The position numbers were made by a program, and so were the translations under genes. Positions 37,145-50,360 of a stretch of 64,000 nucleotides of DNA are shown here, in pieces (positions within the stretch are counted from its first letter, which is position 1; the number at the start of each line of letters is the position of its first letter). Where the stretch lies: the NCBI GenBank assembly GCA_017499595.2, contig CM039002.1:1922001-1986000 (forward strand). The letters are read 5' to 3'. The notes beneath the pieces were generated by a model, which was not told where the DNA came from, made no database searches, and saw nothing but the letters and a program-made list of their open reading frames with translations. The stretch comes from Psilocybe cubensis (Eukaryota).

Positions 37145-39409
37145 ATGGCTCCAACTCGTTCCGTTAAGCAACTATATAACTGCCCGGTCGGTACCAATAA
37201 TCACTTACCTTCCAGGATGCAAAATACGGTATACCTGCAAGACGTACCTCCAGGAAAACATTCTTTACCTCCAACGATCCCCCACGCGGCTCATAGGCAT
37301 GCAGCCCCATCAGGACCTTGGCCATGGTTCGATTTGGTCGATGACGACGCACCTTTTCCGATCGTTCCACCGGAGCACAGCAAGAGGAAGGGGACTGCCA
37401 ATCCTGAGAATGACTCCCGAGATCAGGACTGGAGACGATACCCCGAGCTCTTATACCCGAATTGGACCCATTATCGTCTTGTGAGAAGCGGGATCGCTGG
37501 TGTTATTGACAAACCGTCGGACCGTCGTTGTGTGCTATATCATATTGATGTCGGGTCGGATGGACATTTCTCGCAGCCAGGTCACCATACGGTGGAACAT
37601 GAAAAGGAGGAGGAATTTTGGAAAATGATGACAGTGAGGTTCATTTCTTGCGACCAGCCAGTGTGTACTGACACGTTTCGTTTCTTTTAAGGAAAGAAAA
37701 CGCGTCGATAGAAATAGAGTGCGTCTGATATTTGTTGAAAACATCTCGGGTGCTGTTTTACAGATGCTAGGGACTACGTTAGTGTGGCTCGCAAATATTC
37801 TTCTTTCAATATATCTATATCTCACCACGACACACGTTCCACAGGTACAACATTGAACCCTTCTTCTTCTCTTCTTCCCTAAACTGGATCCCTTCCCGAT
37901 ATCAGGAGAATGTCATTGAAAATGACAGTGATCGTCAGTCGCCCTTCAAGTTCCAAACAATCTCCTTTAATACTGACACGACCAGCATAGACATAACGTT
38001 AATACTTACATTTCTTAGATCAATGCCCAACCCTGTTACAGCGCCCAATACACCTATGCTTGGTGGCCAGTTTTTTTCCCAAATTATGTCACGGCCTGGG
38101 CAAACTACTATTAACACACAGGCACCTCTCATTTTGAAGTCCTGTGAATCGTATCTTCCGATTTGGCACGCCTTATACAACTGATATTGTTTCTATCCAT
38201 AGGTGATAAGATACTTCTTTTGGATCTTATTTCTCTCCACATGGTTCGCAGGAAGGACGGCAGCACTGTAATTTCTTATCACCCAACCTCTGAATGGAAA
38301 AGCACGAGTGCACGGTATTTACACTCCCGTGTACGATATGCTGGAGAAAGTGTTTATTGGCAGTCATTGTTCCGCCAGTCTCAGGACCCAACCCTCGTTA
38401 TGTTATGCATGCTCTGGTACCCGTTGTACGGGTGGGATGAATCTCTGGAAACTCTCTATTCTCATATAAGTTGGCTGGTTAGTAACACCCTCCCTTGTTT
38501 ACATTAAGGAAACTTGTTCACACAAACCTTGTTCAATCAGGAGTCCCGTGTCCTGATAGCGAACGACATTCATTTGACTCGGGAACTACACATCATTCGC
38601 GCCTACCTCCTGCACTATGCATCACTCCTGGAGAGCTTCCGAAAATCTGTCCTTTTCCTGAGGAATACCCCAAACCCTGCGATGAAAGACCAAGATGACT
38701 TCCAGAAATCCATGGATGTCATGAACCGAGAGTGCGATACATTGCTATCTGAAATAGAGCGCCTGGACATGTATCGTCGGATGCAGGAGATGAGGCTGGA
38801 TAACGTGGTAAACCTGGTATGATTGCCGTCATCCTCCTTGCAGTGCTCATTTTAACTATTGCTCTCGGACACACGTCTATCTTAGGCCTTTGCTAGTGTG
38901 AATTTTCAGGACAGCAGGGACATGCAGCGTTTGTCGGAGGCGTCTCTTCGGGATGGGACTGGTAAGTCTACCCCATAAGGAGTAGTCGATAATGATGAGG
39001 TGTCAATCTAAACATTTCGGCATTTTTGTTTGATCCATTACAGTAATGAAGCAGATATCCTACCTTACAATGATTTTTCTCCCGGCGTCGTTTGTTGCGG
39101 TGAGGTTTCGGTGCATAGAAATTATTTGGCTACCACTGACAGCCGGTAATCAATCAGTCGGTCTTTGGTATGAATCTATCAAATCTGCAGGATGGCTCTT
39201 ATGGAACATTGGCCCATTACTTTGAAGTGGCCATTCCTCTAACTTGCATTAGCATTTGGATTATCGTAGGACTTCATGAAAGCAAGGAGCGAAATGACGA
39301 AATCGAGACGACTGTCTTGTACCGATTGCAGTGGCCTATACGATCTCTAAAACGCGTGACAGCCAAGGTGCGCAAGAAGAGGCGAGGTGTCAATGAAGGG
39401 GTGGTATAA
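37145..39409 (+). CDS. CorA-like Mg2+ transporter domain protein (fungal type)
   Basis: YNIEPFFFSSSLNWIPSRY, WDESLETLYSHI, LHIIRAYLLHY, and C-terminal MKQISYLTMIFLPASFVASVFGMN (GMN motif) followed by a second TM helix. Confidence 0.85.
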
Positions 39410-40436
39410 TTATTGAAGACAGCAATAAATCATATGTGCCGTATGCTTGTAATTAAGGAGGAGCATTGTTCATCGTTCAAACAACATCTATCATAGTCTT
39501 TCTCCACTCTTTCACCGCATCCCGGAAACTGTGGTATCATCGGTGTATGGTTGTGACTTCATGCAAAAATTTGGCAGACGTGGAAGATCGACGACGGAGG
39601 TTGGGCAGTAGTGTATCCGGAGACCGATGGGCTAGCATTTTTGAAAAATTGTGATCTTGGTCCGGAACATCATTTTCGCACCCACGCGGAACGGCGAACG
39701 TGTCTTGTCATTGTTACGACAGTGTTACTGAGGATCCGACATGGAGTCTGGATACATTCGCCTCAGATGCCTGTATTTACGGAGAGAGTATAACGCCAGA
39801 GTTTCTGGAGACGGTTGTGGTCTGGGTGAGCGCAAGGTTGCTACGCTTAAGGAAGGTAAATTCGCACCTTTCTTTATGTATTCCCCCATTTTGAGAGCGT
39901 TTTCAATGTCTTCTTTATTGGTAAGATGCCTATTCTCTATGGCAGACCATAAATAAACGAACATCATGCAGTGCTATCCGACGTACTTTCGAATAGCCTG
40001 CGCATCCTGCCATGGAAGTCGTACCTGATTGAGGATCATAATCAGGGTCAGCACACACACAGGGTTCTAAATTGCGCGACTGGAAACAGACGATGGATCT
40101 GGATAATCACGTCCAAGTCTATGTAGTTCTTTGTAGAGTGCTAATGCCCGTAGACGTGTCGAATTACATGCCATAACCTCAGGATAACCTGTAACTAGAA
40201 TGTGGGGTAAGGGGGAAGGACGACAGCGGACCTTGAATTTTCAAATGGAACACTGTGGGAATATTCCCCATTGGTCAGCAGCTAAAGAAATATCTGTGGG
40301 ATTCCCAAACAATTGGCTGGAAGGCGCTCTACGCTGCTGAGCGCCTTCAGAGCGTTCTCATACGCTGTTCCGCCTTTAAAACTGCTCGTGCGACACCTGA
40401 ATGGTGCTAAGGATACAAAACAAGGAAAAGAAGATA

Positions 40437-40566
40437 GCCAAGGCCTCCAAGGCAGCCAAGGGTCTCAGCGGGACTCGACGGAGGCTGGGGTTGCTTTTTC
40501 CCAGCCAAGAATGATACCCTATTTCTCGGCCGGATATCCTGCACACGACCGAAAATGCAGGCCAAG
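40437..40566 (+). promoter_or_regulatory. Cluster of four GCCAAG (PacC/Rim101-type) sites upstream of PHO84
   Basis: GCCAAG at 40437, 40455, 40504 and 40561, all on the same strand, 310-440 bp before the ATG. Confidence 0.5.
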
Positions 40567-40876
40567 GCGGAAGAGCGCCTGCGATAGATCTGTTTATCTA
40601 TGAAAGTTGATGCTCATTCCCAGGGGCACACGACCAATATCAAACTATTTTTAGGCGCATTATCGAAGGGACCAACATGTGTCCATTAGCGCCGTTGATT
40701 GGCTGAAGCAACGAACGTGGTCCCAGTCTCCTCCGTCTTTGTTTGTATATCGCGGAAACGGCTGGAAACCGCGCAAAAGGGGCAGTAATTATTTTGCTTT
40801 TATAGCTCGGGGCAGATGCCTGTGTATCCAGTGCAAGCTCTCCCCCTTCCCCGCTGCCTTGTTACCTCCCTTCCGA

Positions 40877-43036
40877 ATGGCCAGCTTCCACGAAAAGTCT
40901 TCGAGTAATAACTCGAACGAGAAGGTTGCGACCACAGCTGGCGGCGCAGTTCATGTTCTAGATGAGCGCCGTCGTGTCGCCCTGGCCGAGATCGACAATG
41001 CCAAATTTTCGTATGTCTGGATCGCATCAGTGTGTCTGGCGATAGCTAACACCTGGTACTAAATTAGGTGGTTCCACGCCAAAGTTTGCATTGTCGCTGG
41101 CGTTGGTTTCTTCACTGATGCCTATGACATCTTTGCGATTAACATCGCGTCAACGATGTTAGGTTATGTCTACGGTCAAGGTGAGCCAGCGATCGATATA
41201 CAGAACCTATGGTTTCCCAGAACCTAACCGTTCGTACAGGTCAAAGACTCAATAAGTCCCAGGACCTCGGTGTGAAGGTCGCTACCCCAGTCGGTACGCT
41301 TGTCGGCCAACTTCTTTTCGGATGGTTGGCAGATGTTGTTGGTCGTAAGAGGATGTGTAGGTTTTCATTTTCCTGATTCATTGTCCCTTTCCAACATTTA
41401 TTTTTAAGATGGTGTTGAATTGATGATCATCATCGTGTCGACATTCGCTCAAGCTCTATCTGGTGAAGCCCATGCTGTCAAGATTATTGGTGTTTTGATT
41501 GTTTGGCGTTTTATTGTGCGTTTTCTTTATCGAAACACTACTATCTCTATTTCTCGCTCACAACTTCGTTAGATGGGTGTCGGAATTGGTGGAGATTATC
41601 CTTTGAGTGCTGTGATCTCTTCAGAGTTTGCATCTACCAAGATAAGAGGGCGCATGATGACCGCTGTCTTTGCCTCGCAAGGCTGGGGAAACTTCAGTGA
41701 GTGCCTCATATCCCAGTTCATTATCAGCACTAATGTCACCGTTTCTTAGCCGCTGCTCTCGTTGCATTTATCATCACTGTCGCGTACAAAAATGCTATCC
41801 TTGCTGAAGCATCAATAACTTCATTGGGGTCCGTCGACCAGATGTGGCGCCTCCTTATTGGTCTCGGCGTCGTTCCTGGTGTTGTTGCCCTCTACTTCCG
41901 TCTCACCATCCCTGAGACACCCCGTTTCACCATGGATATCGAACGCAACATTGACCAGGCTACCCAAGACATTAAGACAGTCCTTACGAACCACAAGGAC
42001 AATGTCGACAAAGATCTCTTGGTCCAGCGCATCGAAGCACCCAAAGCCAGCTGGGCCGACTTCCGCGAGCACTTTGGACAGCTTAAGAACTTCAAAATCA
42101 TCTTCGGTACTGCTTACTCATGGTTTGCCTTGGATGTGCGTATTCTATCTTCTCTCAGGTTTTAGCGCCCACTGATCATCCTTCTATTGCAGATTGCATT
42201 CTACGGCTTGGGACTCAATTCCGGTATCATTTTGCAAGCCATTGGATTCGGTACACCAGTTACTACCGGCGTTCGTGGAGTATACGATAACTTGTCCAAT
42301 ATTTGCATTGGAAACTTGATTCTTTCCGCCGCTGGACTTATTCCTGGATACTGGGTCTCCTTCCTCTTCATTGACTCCTGGGGCCGCAAACCCATCCAAC
42401 TCATGGGCTTTATTCTCCTCACCATCTTATTCGTCATCATGGGTATGTTGCGATGCTGTTTGTCATTTTTTTAAATCTTATTGGATTTTTTAGGATTCGG
42501 ATACGACAAACTTACGGAGACGGAGTCTACAAGGAAAGCCTTCGTCTTCCTCTACTGCCTTGCCAATTTCTTCCAGAATTTCGGGCCCAACACTACAACC
42601 TTCGTCATTCCAGGAGAAATTTTCCCTACACGTTACCGCTCAACTGCCCACGGTATTTCTGCAGCCAGCGGCAAGCTTGGCGCCATCGTCGCCCAAGTCG
42701 GCTTCAGTCAACTTAAAGATATCGGCGGACCTAACCAATTCGTCCAGCACATGTAAGCTACTACTCCAACCTCGCCAGTCATCTGATTGCTGATCTATTT
42801 TTTTAAAAAAAGTTTGGAGATATTTGCGTTCTTCATGTTGACGGGTATTTTCTCTACGCTCCTCCTTCCCGAAACCATGGGACGCTCGTTAGAAGATCTT
42901 TCAAACGAAGATCAGGATGGCTTCGTAAAAGGCACAAAAGGTGAGCAACTGCTGGTTTTGTATACAAGAAATTGTCTCTAATCTTTGCGAAATAACAGGA
43001 CCCGCAAACTATACTGCGGGACCCTCAACTGCTTAA
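40877..43036 (+). CDS. PHO84: High-affinity phosphate:H+ symporter (MFS, PHS family)
   Basis: [91 protein letters not shown]. Confidence 0.96.
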
Positions 43037-43299
43037 TGACTGCTTTGTATGATATCTTTGCTATTTTAACGACGTGCTTTCTTTCCACAACTTGTCATCC
43101 ATGTACTATAAGACCTGCAAAACATTTACTATATAATAGACGCTGTGGAGTTTTAAAAAATTATAAATAGAACGCAGTGATATTAATGAAGTCCGACGTT
43201 TCTTGTTCCCATTAAGCAATCAACTTGCAATATATGTCCGAAGATCGTTGATAGTATGTAGTGATGTAACAAACTTACGTCTAGTGCATTTTACTGTAA

Positions 43300-46182
43300 C
43301 TATCCGATTGTCATAGCGTCACCTCCGCCACCCACTGCCCGTTCCTTTCCTTTGTTCATAATGCGGCTGTACTTGAGTTTCAGAGCTTTCACTGCAGTTA
43401 CAAATTCGGCCTCGGTAGCTTCTTTGGAAGGAATAGGGACCGCGGAAGAATCGAGCGCTATGTTAAGGAGTTCTAATATCTGGGGGTTAATAGGATCAAC
43501 ACTCAAGGCCTGGGTATACGGAAACTTCGTCAGCAGGTCCATTCAGTCAGTCATCCAAGTCTATATTTACACACCTCATGGTATTTGACGATCGCTTTTT
43601 CCAGGTCGTTCTGCAAATGGTAAACTATCCCGAGAAAGCCCAAAGCGATGGCATTGCGAGCATCAAGCTCGAGGACTTTTTGGTAGGCACCACGAGCGTC
43701 TTCAAGACGTCTGTTAATCTCCATGAACATGATTGTATCTTTGAAAATAAGAGGGCGCCATACTTTAGTTTGCGATAGCACGTCCCCAAATTCAAAAAGG
43801 TCGTAGCCCATGCTTTTTGAGATGTCTGAGTGATATCTGCAAGATCCAAGGCTTGCTGAAATAAATGAGCAGCCTTTCCATATCTACGCAGGTAATGTCA
43901 ATATACTTTAAGGACGTCCATATAATTTTAATCCACATGACTTACTCTCCATGATTATATGCCATTACAGCTCGTTCGTTCATCAACAATGGATCGCCAT
44001 CGCACATTGAATATGCAGCTTCCAGAGCTTCATCAGCCAATGCATAGTTTGACAGCATGATGTGCTCCATCCCGACAAACAAAAGGGGCAAGTGGGACCT
44101 GAGATGACACCTCAGTAATTGAAACCCATGAGTCATAAATCAAAGTTTAGAATAACGTACCCTGTGAACATTCGAGCGCACGTTGAATAGGCTGTAACAG
44201 CATGGTCATGTTCGCCTTCAAGGGCAAACGTGTGGCCAAATGCTATCCAAGCTGGAGCAAAGCGAGGGTCCATAAGTGACGTCTTGCTTTAAATGACACG
44301 GAAAACGAATCCAAGGTCAAACCCAGAAATCCCCTGAACGGTAGAAAAACCCACCTTAGGTATTGTCTAGCCTCCGCCCATTTGGCGCAGCCCAGGTACC
44401 AAATTCCCACAGCGTACCAACTAAGTGCGTTCTCTGGCTCCCGGTCAACCATTTCATGGGCAAGGATAAATAATTTGGAATGTAGATGAGACAGATGGTA
44501 CATGCTGGCAATGTGCAGTGGCATTGTCGGTTTATGAATATTTACGAGTCCAAGGATCCTATTCAATGTTCAAAAATGTCATTCTAGACGACCGATCATT
44601 GTGAACTTACCTTGTTGTCATCGTAAAGCAATCGGCCCAACGAAAGCTTGTATAGAGTGCATCAGCAAAACTGAATAGGACATCAGGATTGTCCCCTAAG
44701 CCGTATTCCTCTACCAATCGGGACCTCGTTAGAGCGTGTTCAGCTTGGTGCTTGTATTTTCTGAGACGTGTTGTGTATATCAATTGGACGAATTGGGCGT
44801 CTTCTGGAGTTTGAGCAGCGTATGCGAGACCTTGAACAAATTCCCACTCTATAACACGGTATTCAGTCTTTTTTTCTCGTTTGGACGACGACAAAACAAA
44901 ATCACCTTCATCTGGAGTCATCATTTCACTCGACACCAGCTGTTCGAATGAATCGTAGCATTTAACATCTAAAGCCAGTGCCTCCATAAAACACTGTTTT
45001 GCTTGTTCCCCGCGGTTGAGTTTCAGATTCAGAACGCCTCTCAAATGGCACATAGATGCCTCGACCTTCGAAAGACGCATTTAAACCAAGGTAAGCGGCC
45101 CGCGCATAAAAGGCATAGAAAGGGAACTACCTTTATACCCCCATCTACGTTCCGTACTTCTGGTCCCCGAGCGCCTAATGCGAGATGAGATTGTTCAGCT
45201 AAAAAGAAGATGAAGAGTACACACCTGTCCCATTAAATGGATTGGCTTGTCCCAACATCTCCGACGCATCAGTCCAGTGGCCCTGCCTAACCTATATGTA
45301 GGCGTTGGTAAATGAGAAAATGAGAAAATTGAAATATACAATAATTAACCTGGCACAACGCTGCAAGGTATCTGCATGCAACACTCATATCGACGAGACG
45401 TGACACCTTGTCCTGCATCTCCTCCGGGAGCTCAATCATACCACCTGCACCCATAGGCAGACGGGGCATCGATAACATCAGTTGAGATGCATCATATTCG
45501 CGACCTTTCCCTTTCGTAGTCGATTGGTATTGAGGAGCATGGCCATTTGTGGCTGTTGGCACCTGGGGTATTTTGGAAGAGGTTAGAGGAAAAGGCCGTG
45601 TAAGCAGTCGTTCCGCCCGAGAGTACTGGTTGGTCATAAAATAAGTTTGGGCAAGCCAAAAGGCGTCATTGGCGTCATCTAGAAGGAAACGACGCTCGTT
45701 TAGGTGACAGTACTTCGACATGATACACGCGACTTACTTGTCCAACTAAGGATCTTATCACCCCAAAATGCTGCCGTATCATAAAGATGCTGCATTAACG
45801 CGTCGTGTCGCCACAAACGCATGCGATCTACCATCCCCCACTCGTGCTCGCTTTCATCGTCTCCGTCGTCCTCAGAATCCGCGAAGACGTCTGTTGTATC
45901 GTTGGCAAGAGGATGCTTTGTTGTACTTGATTTCCCTTTTCTGTGTTTCTTAGGAGATCTTTGAGGAGAGGCCGTCATTGTTGAACGATTGGGATCCAAA
46001 GCAGCTGAAGTATTGGACATTGTACTCGAGTTTGCGTCGAGATATGAATAAACTAGATTTTGAGGGCCAAAAGAAAACGTCGAGCCAATAGATCCTCTAT
46101 TTCTAGACCCTGATGGAGACGGCAGTCGTGGCATTGCACCAGGTATCGGGAACAGATTTGAGCGTGGAGGCGTCGAAGTCAT
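43300..46182 (-). CDS. CDC16: Anaphase-promoting complex subunit 6 (Cdc16/Cut9), TPR protein
   Basis: [94 protein letters not shown]. Confidence 0.93.
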
Positions 46183-46505
46183 GCTTATGTTGGTTTTCGG
46201 AACGTGGCCTCTGGGAATCGTGTTCAAACTCTTTTTCTTAGTGTATGTCCAGCCTAGATTAATTCTGTTGAGGTCCGGCGTAGAGAACGAGCGGCGATAC
46301 TAATTGTCGCCGGCAACGTTGAACAACAAATTGTTGAAGCAGCTCAATAAATTACGACACTTCAGTTCGCTCGTCACTATTTGGTTCGCCCATCTCAATT
46401 CAACAATTGATGCACAGGTGCCTCAAGTTGGCCTCAAGCGCCCAATGGCACGGTGGCACCTCAAAAGTACACAAAATAACTATACATTTGCGGCTAATAT
46501 ACACA

Positions 46506-47578
46506 TTAGACACCATCTATATGAACCCCAGTCTTCATACGATCTCTTGAATATTTTTCTTTCATAGAACCTGTCGCGGCAGCTATGTAGCTTGGATATC
46601 CATACGCGTATCCTCTGCACTTCCCTTCTAGTGAAGAACTCGGTCGCCAAAACTGCGGCACAGGATGCTTTCTATTCTGGGAGTTCGCTTTATGTCTTCT
46701 CCTACTTCGTCGATGAGTCAACGATACCTCTGCCTGCGATGTCTCTGCATCAACAGTTTGGAAATCCTTTCCTGGTTTGATGGCTTCGACAACCAACGTA
46801 GAGATATCGGATTTATAGGGATACATCAAAAGTTTAGAGGATTCAACAGGAGGTCGTGTCTTTCTCGGTAACTGTGTAGTTCGGATGATCATGATGGGTG
46901 GATTCGGATTTTCAAGTTTCGTGCGCAAATTCAAATGAAAATCGAAGGTCGACGTGCTCTGGAATATAATCAGTATTTATATATACAATTATGATCAAAG
47001 TGCTCCCCGGACTACCTGAGTGGGTTTCGACTGTCGAAGAATTGTCTCCCCGTCAATAGACGCGATCTGAGCGCGTTCTCGGCGAATAGCAGCTTGAATT
47101 TCAGTATCTTCAGGTTCAGGCTCTCGAGTTCTAGTCAATGATTTAGTTATAGGCATGGATTTGACAGATATATTCATACATTGGCGGTGGCGGTGGTGGG
47201 GGAAGAAGAGAGACGGGCAAAGGTGGTAAAGTGGACGAAACAAGCCGGAACACTAATGATAAATGAGCCATAGTCTGCGAATGGAAGTATTCACGCACAA
47301 GGTTGTTCATCCAGTTCAATGTTAATGACCCCTTCAACTTTGGCAGCATATTCCAGCTTTCTGCGTTTTTTCTTTCTTTCACTGGCATGGTCCGAATGAG
47401 ACTTGGGTGTATAATGTATGATTTCGATAGTTTGCGCGAGGAGCTGATTTAATCTGGAAACTTCTGATTCACTGCACGTATGAGAGATGTCTGCATCGTC
47501 ATCGCAATATAATTCTGCTCGAGAAACGGTTTCAAAGGCTTTCGGGAGGAAATGAGGATTGGAGAAGTGTGGTATCAT
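46506..47578 (-). CDS. Conserved-looking hypothetical fungal protein (multi-exon)
   Basis: ORF pieces MIPHFSNP..ETVSRAELY, VFRLVSS..PVSL, REPEPED..R..A.D and FWRP...GKCRGYAYGYP, joined by GT-AG introns. Confidence 0.65.
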
Positions 47579-47724
47579 TTCAAAGGGATTGTTATGACTT
47601 GTTGATCAGCGACTTCGACTTTTTCAGAAATTTCATTTCTGGATCTGTTTAGTCCACCCAACAATCTACCACCCGGCCTTCGATTCCCTCGACATCCATT
47701 TTCCTTTCTTACTCGTTCTACACG

Positions 47725-49193
47725 ATGCCAGCTACCAATAAAAGTACCAAAAAATCCGCGCACAAGTCTGCGGAGAAGGCCCCAGTCGCAGCGGTGCCTG
47801 CTGCAGAATCATCCTCAAAGCCCTCAAAATCTCTGAAGAGAAAGAAGGAGGTCGAGCATGCTGAGAGCAAACCAGAGGAGACTGAACCTGTTACTGTATT
47901 CAAGAAGGTCAAGAAGGACGATGTTCGAGAGAAAAAGCCCTCCACAGCACCCCAAACCTCAGAGGATCAAGAAATGATTGTTGACCTGGTAGCAGAGAAA
48001 CCAGCCAAGGAAAAGGCCGACAAAAAGAAGAAGTACACTGCGAAAGAGGTGGGAAAGCATGTAGCAGCTTCTGATGCCGAAGAAAAGACAGCAGAAATTG
48101 CTAAAAAACCAAAAGGCGGGAAAGCCGTTGCGCCTGCTCCTCCATCTTCTGATCCTCCGGCCGCTCAAAAAATCAAGGGTACTAAAAAATCCAAGTCTTC
48201 AGAACCCATCTCTACTTCCATTTCACGGCCTCGCAAACCAGAAGCCTCCAAACCCAAATCTAAGACCTCAAAGGTTGCTGTTCCCGAGCCCGAATCAGAT
48301 GAGGAAGAAGAACCCGAAGAGGCTGAGCTTGAAGAATCAAATAACGAATCTGACCTGCACGGATTTTCAACGGACGACGATGACTCCTCTGACGAAGAGG
48401 ATGCCATGGACGATGAACCATCCGCGTTTGATGTAGCGAAGCTGCCCACCGTTGCAAAGGACGATGCATCTGTCAAACGCAAGTTGGAGAAGGCCAAGAA
48501 ACAGCCGGTATGTTATTCTCCTTCGCAGTGATAATCTACTTAGCCCGTTTACAGATTGAAGACACCGGTGTCCTGTTCCTCGGTCGTCTGCCCCATGGAT
48601 TCTATGAAGATCAGCTCAAGGCCTACTTCTCGCAATTCGGAAACGTTACGCGGCTACGGATTTCTCGCAACAAAAAGGTCCAGTTTCACTTTCCAACATC
48701 TTGATATCTATATTTAACAGAACCAATGTTAGACTGGGAAGTCGAAGCACTATGGGTTCATTGAATTCGATTCACTAGCGGTCGCCAAAATCGTCGCCGA
48801 GACTATGGATAACTATCTTTTGATGGGCCATATTCTCCGGTGTAAACTCATTCCCAAGGGAGAAGTTCACCCTGAGTTGTGGGTCGGTGCCAACAGGAAA
48901 TGGAGAGTTGTCCCAAAAGAACAAGTAGCCCGCGCAGAACACAACAAGGTAAATCTTTCTCAATACACTATTGAAATATTCTCATGTGTCCGATTAGCCT
49001 CGCACTCAATCTGAGCAGGCTAAAGCGTCAAAACGACTTTTGAAGCGACAGGAAGAGCGCAAGCAAAAACTTGCCAAAGCTAATATCAATTATAATTTCG
49101 ATGCTGTTAGTTATGTAGGTCCTTTAATCAATCCAAGATGAGTATCGCTCTAATGAATTGTGACAGAAAAAGCCTACCGAAATCAAAGTGTGA
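47725..49193 (+). CDS. NOP15: Nucleolar RRM protein Nop15 (MKI67IP/NIFK homolog)
   Basis: Lys/Glu-rich N-terminus, GVLFLGRLPHGFYEDQLKAYFSQFG, RNKKTGKSKHYGFIEF, VAETMDNYLLMGHIL. Confidence 0.93.
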
Positions 49194-49312
49194 TTGACAT
49201 GTTTTTGTCCCTTACCAATTTTTTGTGTCTCGTCAGGATATAACGTTTTATACATTTCTCATTCCGTTGATTTTCTTCGACACACTTTATTTAAATCAAC
49301 GCCCAATCCCTC

Positions 49313-50118
49313 TCATGTAGCCAATCTGGCCAAACCCGCTAGAATTTGTACTCCTGCCTTGGCACCATCCACCACACGAACTGGCTCTAGCCCTACCTCG
49401 ACGACACCTTGCTGCACCAAATCCTCCATACCAGCCATACCTACCAAACATTTTGATCAGTGTCTGTATTACTGATATAACCTCACCCATTACCTGCACA
49501 TCCTAAAATAATGACATCCGCTCCCTTTTGAGCGATTTTAACGCTTCCTTCTTTAATCTTTGCTTCGATATGCTGACGATCTCCTTCTCTCAACTCAACA
49601 ACTCCTAGGCCAGTGGTCACCAGCCCTGCGAACCTCTCGGATGATGCTCCAATAAAGTTGTGCACGTCGTTATAGTAGATGTATTTGTACCCAGTTCCCG
49701 TGGTGATAATTCCGAATCGCTGGCCAATTAAAAGAGACTGAGAAACAGCTGCTTCCAAGATGTTGATAGCAGGTTTCCTTGTGTTTTCGCGTAGAAGATG
49801 GGTCAAAGGATGGTTAGAGACTGAGATCAATGTTTTTATAGGGGTTCGAAATAATCGAGGATTGGACCTACAACAACAAACGAGGAAACCGTCATATCTT
49901 TCAATTAAACCCTTGTCTTGAATATCTGCAAAGCAGGCTGCTGCACTGAGAACGCCGGTGGTTGTATCGTTGATCGACGGTGGTGCATTACTTGGGCCAG
50001 TATAAAACTGAAGATGGACACCAGGAGGAGGTATGAGCACTTCACGGAGACCTGCAGTAACAGAAGCGGATGAATTGGGGTTTATCACCAGGAGTGAGAT
50101 TGTAGAAATGGTGGACAT
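49313..50118 (-). CDS. DCG1: Asp/Glu/hydantoin racemase family protein (DCG1-like)
   Basis: LLVINPNSS..T, APPSIN, spliced FLVCCFSNHPL and GADVIILGCAGMAG (two catalytic Cys), VVDGAKAG. Confidence 0.88.
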
Positions 50119-50185
50119 GGCTGAGTATGGGTGAAAGAGTTGAAAGAGTTATTTTTCCAAGACATGACTGTTGCCGCGATCACAA

Positions 50186-50210
50186 TTTATCATTTAATAC
50201 CCATGATAAA
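50186..50210. promoter_or_regulatory. Inverted pair of GATA-type sites in the DCG1-like/NPR3 shared promoter
   Basis: TTTATCAT-N9-ATGATAAA; each arm contains GATAA. Confidence 0.4.
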
Positions 50211-50360
50211 CCGACAATACCTAAAACATACCATCTCTTCATGACAATCCATTCAACTCTGTACCTAAATTCCAGTGCCTGATAGCCCGAGGATGTCAAA
50301 TTAAAGGTTTGTAGTCGGGGATCGAATTTCTTTATACTACTTTTCCATCCAAACAGGAAC

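Noticed and set aside
40313-40603. 96-aa ORF with SQG repeats upstream of PHO84
   Set aside because: Non-ATG start; the repeats are just the translation of the CCAAGG motif cluster.
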